A stretch of 64,000 nt of DNA from NCBI GenBank assembly GCA_020632095.1, contig JACKGF010000001.1:733366-797365 (forward strand). Reading direction: 5' to 3'. The translations under genes were made by a program, and so were the position numbers. Source of the stretch: Candidatus Nomurabacteria bacterium. Its GTDB lineage: Bacteria > Patescibacteriota > Minisyncoccia > Phycocordibacterales > UBA918. The notes beneath the pieces are model-generated. The model had not been told where the DNA came from, made no database searches, and was given only the letters and a program-made list of their open reading frames with translations. Below, in pieces: positions 57,757-64,000 of this stretch; position 1 is the stretch's first letter; each line of letters begins with the position of its first letter.

Positions 57757-59138
57757 TCTGATTCAGTAGCTTTGTATTGGCTGGCTGGATACAAGGTTAG
57801 TTTGGTGTATTCAGAAATGGCGTCATTTTGTGCATTTACATCACCAGCAGCCACGGCAGCATCAAATCTAGCTATTATTAAATTGAGAGCACTTACGTTT
57901 GTGGTGGTTTTATTGATTACTTCTAATGCATCATTGTAGGCTGCTGCTGCCTGAGCCGCTCTGTCTGGTCGGACCAAAGGATTAACAGAATAGGATTGAA
58001 GAGCAGGGGCATAATTATTGGCTAGGTTTCTGTAATTTGTCTCCGTTACAAGGGCGTCTGACATTAGCTTTCTTGATTCAGCCGGGCTTAGTCCAGGGGT
58101 AGCTTGTCCAACGGCACTAGTGTAAGAACCACCACTATAACCTGAGTAGGTGTAACCTGTACCGCTAGAGAGACCTAGTAGTCCAGATGCTCCAGTTAAG
58201 GCCTTGTTAGCTATTTGGCCTATTAAAGCAGAAATAACCTCGTTGATTTCATCTGCTGAGATTAGACTTTGGCGACCAGAATCTAGGTTGAAAGACAAAG
58301 CTTCTTCTATAATTTTGCCTGGCTTGGTGATAAAACACTCCTCTCTGTCTGCGCCAGCGCCATGAACTATTTCACAAATCTCTCCTGATAGAAAACCATC
58401 GCCAAAATCAAGTAAAGAATATTGTTCACCTTTGGCATTGATAACCCTAGCTTGGCCTCCTATTTGACCAGACAAGATTGCCCCGTATGGTGTGTAGGTT
58501 TGCGGGGTGGCGGTGATGGTGAACCAGTCAGCCCAGCCTCCTTGAGAGAAGTCTCCAGCAATAAATTGTTCAAAATTACCTACAATACCACTTAAGCTAC
58601 AAGTTGGAGCCGGTTGATCAGTTCGTTCTCGGTTGTACTGGAGAGCTACTGATATCTGCACATCAAGTCTAAAGGGTGCACAGATAAAAGAGCCGAAAGA
58701 ACCCAACTCACTAATATATGTCCCGATCGCTTCATCAGCTGCCTGTAGTAAAAATCCACTCAAATCCTGAACAAAAGCTGGGCTACCCTGAAAACCAGAG
58801 TTAATCCAGTCAACAAGACTTTGTACCATTGAGGAAACCACCCTTTTAGCTACAGCCCAAGCGATGCCATCAAGAATGTTTTCTTTCATCCAATTATTTC
58901 CAGTCATAGTAGCTGTAATGCTGTCAAAATACTTAGAAGCAGTAGTGGCCGCATTAATAATTCCTAGTTGAACATTGTTTAGCCATTGAGTTGGTTCGAG
59001 CGCTCCTCCAGTCATTCCTCCAGCCTCTACGGTACTGATGTGGTTGTACGGCTGAGGGATATAAGTGGCAGAAAAACCAAAAATAACAAAAATTATTGCT
59101 ATTAAACCCTTTTTAAGAATTGAAAAAAATGTATCCAT
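57735..59138 (-). CDS. Hypothetical membrane-anchored secreted protein
   Basis: N-terminal TM. Gly/Ser/Tyr-rich segment (GTGYTYSGYSGGSYTSAVG). No family recognised. Confidence 0.3.
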   Translation of the reverse strand: MDTFFSILKKGLIAIIFVIFGFSATYIPQPYNHISTVEAGGMTGGALEPTQWLNNVQLGIINAATTASKYFDSITATMTGNNWMKENILDGIAWAVAKRVVSSMVQSLVDWINSGFQGSPAFVQDLSGFLLQAADEAIGTYISELGSFGSFICAPFRLDVQISVALQYNRERTDQPAPTCSLSGIVGNFEQFIAGDFSQGGWADWFTITATPQTYTPYGAILSGQIGGQARVINAKGEQYSLLDFGDGFLSGEICEIVHGAGADREECFITKPGKIIEEALSFNLDSGRQSLISADEINEVISALIGQIANKALTGASGLLGLSSGTGYTYSGYSGGSYTSAVGQATPGLSPAESRKLMSDALVTETNYRNLANNYAPALQSYSVNPLVRPDRAAQAAAAYNDALEVINKTTTNVSALNLIIARFDAAVAAGDVNAQNDAISEYTKLTLYPASQYKATESEWQTILR

Positions 59139-59148
59139 AAGCTAATAA

Positions 59149-60036
59149 TTAATTTTGGTAATTAGGACTAAACATAATAAATAAAACAGCCGGGTCATCA
59201 GTGGTAAAAAGACTAGATTTTGGTTCGAGAGCTAGGTACAAATTTTGCAAAGCATAGCCAAGACCCTCAGCGTCATCCTGGTATCTTTTCAAGCGAAGCA
59301 AGGTGAAGGCCGGGTCATCCAAAACCTTTGTCATAGCCTCAATATCCATATGGACAGCGTGAAATGTGTTGATTATATCTAAGTGTTCTTTAACCAAAAA
59401 AGCAGGTACAGGGGTGTTTAGAAAGTCATCACGATTACGTCGGTAGCCCTCGGTGAGAGATTTAAGTCCAGTCAGCCCATTGCTATCGTCACTTTTTAGG
59501 AGTTCGTCAAGAATTGCCAACTCATTTTTAACATCAGGCACATTATTTCTTAAAAGTGTGCCAGCCATAGTATTAGCATAATTAACTATGTCCTGATCAT
59601 TCCATTCTTTAAGGACGATGATGTCTGGGGTATCATAAAGGTCGTGGGCAGTTTCTTTACTTAGAATATCGACTGTATCGCTAATTACTTGTTCCTGACT
59701 GCGTCCGAACGGGCCATAACCCTTTGCTCTAATGATATCCTCCATAAAGTTTATTCCTAATTGACCAGTTAGAGTTTCAGGGGGAACATAGGTAGAGTCT
59801 TGTTTCTCTAATATTACTGGCTTAGTAGTTATAAACTCGTCTCTCCAGTCTTCAATACCATTTCCATCATCATCACTTACTTCGATGGCTACTCGAGGGG
59901 AGGGCTTCGCTGCCAGAACGGCTGCCTGATGAGAAATTTTAGGTGCATTAAAATTACTTAATACATAAGAGCCAGCAACTAAAGCAAAACCGATGATTGC
60001 TGAGCCGACTATTTTTGGGTTGATATTTCCCTCCAT
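59149..60036 (-). CDS. Hypothetical membrane-anchored protein, first gene of the secretion cluster
   Basis: N-terminal TM (IVGSAIIGFALVAGSYVL). Acidic DDDGNGIEDWRDEF segment. Confidence 0.3.
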   Translation of the reverse strand: MEGNINPKIVGSAIIGFALVAGSYVLSNFNAPKISHQAAVLAAKPSPRVAIEVSDDDGNGIEDWRDEFITTKPVILEKQDSTYVPPETLTGQLGINFMEDIIRAKGYGPFGRSQEQVISDTVDILSKETAHDLYDTPDIIVLKEWNDQDIVNYANTMAGTLLRNNVPDVKNELAILDELLKSDDSNGLTGLKSLTEGYRRNRDDFLNTPVPAFLVKEHLDIINTFHAVHMDIEAMTKVLDDPAFTLLRLKRYQDDAEGLGYALQNLYLALEPKSSLFTTDDPAVLFIMFSPNYQN

Positions 60037-60131
60037 ACATTATTAGTATACCAGTAGTAACTACTAATAATTCGTAAATTTGCCCACAAGTGTGCATTGA
60101 GTTGGGTATAAACTGTTAATTATGGCGTGAA

Positions 60132-60941
60132 TTAAATTGTTTTTACTGTTAGTAATGAGTTAACAACGTTAATCCACGTATCTAAAGGGATATCCTCTGC
60201 TCTGACATCTAGCGGTAGTGCAAGTCTGGTTAGAATCTCACTTACTGTTTCTCTAGGAAACTCTTTTGCTAAATTACCGACTAGTTGTTTTCTTTTTTGG
60301 GCGAACCCGAGGTGAAGAATATGAAAAAACTGTTTCGAGGTAAAATTACTGAAAATATCGCGGTTAATTTTATTCACCGCGACAATGGCGGAGTCGATTT
60401 TTGGAGGTGGGGTGAAATGACTTTTACTGACGGTACATATATATGTCGGTTCGCCAAAAACTTTTACTGATAGTGACAGTAGCGACTCTTTTTTATCCCG
60501 AGCGATACGTTCGGCTACTTCCTTTTGGATGAGAAAGACAAGAGTGTTGGGTTGGCATTTGGAATCAAGTAAAGTACGAAAAAGAAAGCCTGATAAATAG
60601 TACGGAATATTTGACACCACTTTGAAGGTTTGATTGGTCAGTCCAAAATCAGCCAGGTTTAGAGAGCGGGCGTCGTGGTGGTGTAGGGTGAGTTGTCCGC
60701 TAGCAATTTCGTTAGAAAATGATTCCTCGAGTGATGTAACCGCCCGCGCATCCGCTTCAATCGCTATCACCCTCGCGTCGCGCTTCAAAATCTCCTTAGT
60801 TAGAGCGCCAGTTCCGGGTCCAATCTCAAGTACTGTCTCCCCCGCTTGGAGGTTGGCCGCGTCACACATTTTAATCGGTACGTAATCACTATTCAAAAAA
60901 TTCTGCCCCAGTGATTTTTTATGTGCAAATTTTTCCTGCAT
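60132..60941 (-). CDS. rsmA: 16S rRNA (adenine1518/1519-N6)-dimethyltransferase
   Basis: SLGQNFL motif, LEIGPGTGALT SAM-binding motif, NIPY motif. Confidence 0.85.
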   Translation of the reverse strand: MQEKFAHKKSLGQNFLNSDYVPIKMCDAANLQAGETVLEIGPGTGALTKEILKRDARVIAIEADARAVTSLEESFSNEIASGQLTLHHHDARSLNLADFGLTNQTFKVVSNIPYYLSGFLFRTLLDSKCQPNTLVFLIQKEVAERIARDKKESLLSLSVKVFGEPTYICTVSKSHFTPPPKIDSAIVAVNKINRDIFSNFTSKQFFHILHLGFAQKRKQLVGNLAKEFPRETVSEILTRLALPLDVRAEDIPLDTWINVVNSLLTVKTI

Positions 60942-60963
60942 TTAGACAGATTAGGGTAGCTAC

Positions 60964-61042
60964 GCAAATTATGCAACTAATCTAGTGTGCGCTCCGGGCC
61001 GCTAGGCCGAGTCTTACACATTAGATTAGTTACGTAATTTGC
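60964..61042. promoter_or_regulatory. Long imperfect palindrome (26-nt arms, 22/26 complementary) with a GC-rich centre, upstream of rsmA
   Basis: gcaaattatgcaactaatctagtgtg ... cgctccgggccgctaggccgagtctta ... cacattagattagttacgtaatttgc. Confidence 0.4.
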
Positions 61043-61105
61043 TTTTATGAATAAATACTCCTCTTGCTGCGGGAGCGTGCGAGTGATGTTTTTTAACCTA
61101 AAAAA

Positions 61106-61189
61106 TCAACCTGACTCAGTCAGTAGCGAATCATTCTCAGTAAAAATTTCATGAGCGAGGATGACGAGTCACTGACTGGATCAGGTTGA
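61106..61189. promoter_or_regulatory. Second long inverted repeat (19-nt arms, 17/19 complementary, 46-nt spacer) in the same intergenic region
   Basis: tcaacctgactcagtcagt ... actgactggatcaggttga. Confidence 0.4.
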
Positions 61190-61203
61190 CTGTCGGTAGT
61201 TAT

Positions 61204-63171
61204 CTAATCCAAATAGATCGTAGTTTCGTAGCCAGACTTCCCTCCTGATTCGCTGGGGTTGGCACTCTCAACGTGTTTGGTGTCGATGTCGTTGAGGAAT
61301 GATGAAGGAACGTTGACTCTTTGGCTGCCGAAGATAGTGCGCATGTGGGCATAGGTCAGGAAAATTTTCTTTTCGGCGCGAGTAAGAGCAACGTAAAATA
61401 GTCGACGCTCTTCTTCTTGATCGGTCTTACCATCATCGAGTCGTTCGTGTGGGAAAAGTCCTTCCTCTAAACCAGTAATAAATACGTAAGCGAACTCTAG
61501 TCCTTTGGCGGCGTGGATAGTCATCAAGCGAACAGCATCTTGTTCTTCTTTTTCTTTGAGTTCATCTTGATCGCTTTGGAGAGCCGCACTTTCTAATAGT
61601 TGTTCAACCGCTTCGCTTGGTTCGACTTCGTCATAACGAGTAGCCAGGGTTACTAGCTCACGGAGGTTTTCTAATCTTTCTAGCGCTTCTTCAGTTCGTT
61701 CGTCTTTTAATTCATCCTCAATACCACTACGCTTCATGATGAATTTAATGGTGTCAGATAAGGGTTTCTCGGTAGCTGTTTTGGCTATATCTGACATGAT
61801 AACGTCAAACTTTTGTACCTTTTCTAAAGCACCCTTGTTTAAGTCGGCTCTATTTCCTTCGATAACTTTAAGCATGGTAACTTTCCCGATACCACGCGCT
61901 GGGGTATTGATTACTCTAGTTAAGTCAGCGTTACTGCCAGGGTTTAGAGCGAGACGTAGATAGGAAAGGACATCTTTTACTTCTTTACGTTCAAAGAATT
62001 TGGTGCCAAGTAGTTGGTAAGGCACTTCAAAATTTAAAAAAGCTTCTTCTAGTGAGCGTGACTGGAAGTTGGTGCGATACAGAACAGCAATTGAAGAGGG
62101 GTCAGCACCATCGGCCACCAAATTTTTAGCAGTCATCGCTACGTACTCAGCTTCGTCATAACCAGTCATGCCAGCGTAGAGGGTCAACTTCTCTCCTTTA
62201 TGATTATTAGTGAAAACATTTTTCTCTACCCGGTTTTGATTTTTCTTGATGATATCGTTCGAGGCAGCGATGATGGTTTGGGTGGAACGATAATTTTCTT
62301 CTAAGAGAATCGTAGTGGCACGCGGAAAATGTCTTTCGAATTGCAGGACGTTTTTTATATCAGCTCCCCGCCAAGAATAAATATTTTGGTCAATGTCCCC
62401 TACCACACATATATTGTGAGCTTCACCGGCTAGTAGTTCGGTAATAGTAAATTGCACGCGGTTGGTGTCTTGATATTCGTCGACGTGAATATACTTGTAA
62501 CGTTCTTGAAGTTTGGTCCGCACCGGGGGGTGTTCTTTTAAAAGGAAAAGTGTTTTAACGAGCAGGTCGTCAAAATCAAGGGCTTGTTCCGCTTTAAGAA
62601 TTTCTTCGTACTTATCCCAGACTTCGGCTGCTACTTGTTCTGGGAAAGAATTGGCTGAATCCTTAAAAGCGAGCAGAGTGATAGCGTCCCCTTTAGCTCT
62701 TGAAATGATGGAGAGAATTTTTCTAGGTTCAAATTCTTTAGGATTATAGCCAGCTTTTTCAATTGATTGTTTAACAGCTTTTTGGCTATCACTCCGGTCG
62801 TAGATGGTGAAGTGGCGACGCAGTCCGAGCGTGTCGTGGAACTCACGCAACAAACGAACGCCGAGGGAGTGGAACGTGGTAACGGTTGGTTGACTGTCTA
62901 TAACCGCGCGATCAGAAGGAAAGTATTTTTGAGTCAGTGTGGTTACACGTTCACGCATTTCTTTAGCTGCTTTGTTGGTGAAGGTAACAGCTAATATATT
63001 GTTGGGAGCTACGCCTTGGTGAATCAGGTGAACAATCCGGTGAGTAATAACTCGAGTTTTTCCAGAGCCAGCGCCCGCTAGGATCATTAAGGGGCCGTCG
63101 GTATGTAACACAGCTTGTTTTTGGGGTTCGTTTAATCCTTCTAAATACGGGGTTTCAGACATATGTGCCAC
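61204..63171 (-). CDS. pcrA: ATP-dependent DNA helicase PcrA/UvrD (short form)
   Basis: Motif I AGAGSGKTRVITHRI, motif II DEYQDTN, TFHSLG, and VGDIDQNIYSWRGA. Confidence 0.85.
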   Translation of the reverse strand: MAHMSETPYLEGLNEPQKQAVLHTDGPLMILAGAGSGKTRVITHRIVHLIHQGVAPNNILAVTFTNKAAKEMRERVTTLTQKYFPSDRAVIDSQPTVTTFHSLGVRLLREFHDTLGLRRHFTIYDRSDSQKAVKQSIEKAGYNPKEFEPRKILSIISRAKGDAITLLAFKDSANSFPEQVAAEVWDKYEEILKAEQALDFDDLLVKTLFLLKEHPPVRTKLQERYKYIHVDEYQDTNRVQFTITELLAGEAHNICVVGDIDQNIYSWRGADIKNVLQFERHFPRATTILLEENYRSTQTIIAASNDIIKKNQNRVEKNVFTNNHKGEKLTLYAGMTGYDEAEYVAMTAKNLVADGADPSSIAVLYRTNFQSRSLEEAFLNFEVPYQLLGTKFFERKEVKDVLSYLRLALNPGSNADLTRVINTPARGIGKVTMLKVIEGNRADLNKGALEKVQKFDVIMSDIAKTATEKPLSDTIKFIMKRSGIEDELKDERTEEALERLENLRELVTLATRYDEVEPSEAVEQLLESAALQSDQDELKEKEEQDAVRLMTIHAAKGLEFAYVFITGLEEGLFPHERLDDGKTDQEEERRLFYVALTRAEKKIFLTYAHMRTIFGSQRVNVPSSFLNDIDTKHVESANPSESGGKSGYETTIYLD

Positions 63172-63295
63172 ATCATATCATGGCTGATACAAACTAATTA
63201 TTATGTATAAAAATTACGAATGTATTAATCCATTCTGGATATGCTAAGTAATTTCTTCGATTACAAAGTTATTTATTAAAATAGGTCAAGTAAAT

Positions 63296-63323
63296 AAAAA
63301 CCCGATGCAATTGCATCGAGTTT
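63296..63323 (-). terminator. Terminator of the ABC gene
   Basis: Perfect palindrome cgatgcaa|ttgcatcg flanked by A/T runs. Confidence 0.55.
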
Positions 63324-63338
63324 AAACTTAACATCATA

Positions 63339-64000
63339 TTAAGGACGAAATCCTTGGAGTTGTGCAAGGCGACGGTAGGTTGGGGAGAGTTCGTAAGCTT
63401 CTCTAGGAGAGTTACAAATCATTTCAATTTGGGGCTCTTCAGGCTCACATTCGCTAACCTTTTTCAACACAATTATACGATCACAATTTCTTTGGGTAGA
63501 AAGGCGATGAGCGATCACCATGGCTGACCTTCCTCGTGACAGAGCCGTGTCTATGCCTTGTTGAACCATCATTTCTGTTTCAGCGTCGAGTGAAGCAGTA
63601 GCTTCGTCAACAATCAAAAACTCAGGATTTTTTACTAGTGCTCTAGCTATACAGATTAGTTGTTGTTGTCCGTCAGATAATTGTAGGCCGTGTTTTCCAA
63701 CTAGTGTATCAAGACCATGACCATTGAGACGTTCACGCAGTGATGGAGTTAAGGCATCTAGAATATTCCAGATAGATGAATCTGGCACATTATCCAGGTC
63801 CTCTTTATGGGTCGCAAACATTATGTTTTCTCTAGCGTTACCACTAATCATGTCAGAGCGTTGTAATATAGCTCCAATATGCCGCAGGACAGTATTTTTC
63901 TGGTAATGAGATAAAGGGATGCCGTTTATATGGACTGCTCCAGAGTCAGGGTCCATAGCCCGAAATAATAATCGGGCTAAAGTACTCTTGCCTGAACCAC
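63339..64000 (-). CDS. ABC transporter ATP-binding domain (C-terminal part of an exporter), 5'-truncated at window edge
   Basis: Signature LSDGQQQLICIARAL, Walker B FLIVDEATASLD, H-loop AHRLST. Confidence 0.7.
   Translation of the reverse strand, partial: GSGKSTLARLLFRAMDPDSGAVHINGIPLSHYQKNTVLRHIGAILQRSDMISGNARENIMFATHKEDLDNVPDSSIWNILDALTPSLRERLNGHGLDTLVGKHGLQLSDGQQQLICIARALVKNPEFLIVDEATASLDAETEMMVQQGIDTALSRGRSAMVIAHRLSTQRNCDRIIVLKKVSECEPEEPQIEMICNSPREAYELSPTYRRLAQLQGFRP

Noticed and set aside
1133-63906. Numerous short antisense ORFs inside large genes (e.g. 1133..1375, 5470..5679, 12480..12805, 13882..14202, 15777..16028, 29514..30267, 55691..57748, 61736..62994, 63724..63906)
   Set aside because: They are fully embedded antisense to well-supported long CDSs (RND pump, P-type ATPase, polA, VirB6-like, uvrD, etc.). 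They have no independent signals and are low-complexity translations.

Overview
This is a gene-dense, low-GC window read with the standard genetic code (TGA is a stop: the coaE stop overlaps the coaD ATG as ATGA). It carries the chromosomal replication-origin neighbourhood. rpmH, rnpA and yidC run divergent from dnaA-dnaN. DnaA boxes lie on both sides of dnaA, and a 54-bp perfect palindrome sits at the dnaA 3' end. Housekeeping genes seen: pilM (partial), ruvX, coaE-coaD, rpsT, ruvA, a Mur-ligase, lnt, a SpoU methyltransferase, holA-like, polA, tsaE, pilB, ruvB, yebC-ruvC, tyrS, a class A PBP, a DUF721 protein, rsmA and pcrA/uvrD. There is a metal/efflux module: RND pump and membrane-fusion protein divergent from a CsoR-like repressor with a palindromic operator, followed by a P2/P3-type ATPase. 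There are three tRNAs: Arg, Ser and Lys. Two insertion sequences are present. One is an IS5-family element in a higher-GC patch next to an orphan ORF. The other is an IS30-family element whose transposase is broken by a frameshift in an A7 run. The most striking region is 48-60 kb: eleven co-directional minus-strand genes forming a type IV secretion-like apparatus. It has a VirB4 ATPase split into N- and C-terminal ORFs by tandem in-frame TAA TAA, a PrgI/VirB3-like protein, a VirB6-like protein with a long coiled-coil tail, a VirB2/TrbC-like pilin with a Cys-rich C-terminal domain, and six secreted or membrane proteins of no recognisable family. No VirD4, relaxase or VirB11 is visible in the window. 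Other unusual non-coding features: a ~600-bp degenerate tandem repeat array (~150-bp units) with GC-rich hairpins downstream of tRNA-Lys; a related hairpin repeat and tRNA-Ser-derived fragments around tRNA-Ser and the CYTH gene; a GC-rich structured island upstream of tRNA-Lys; a ~120-nt element closed by a 16-bp stem in a 490-bp non-coding gap; and two long imperfect palindromes upstream of rsmA. Gene content and shortened protein versions are consistent with a reduced-genome, possibly episymbiotic (CPR/Patescibacteria-like) bacterium; that is an inference only.
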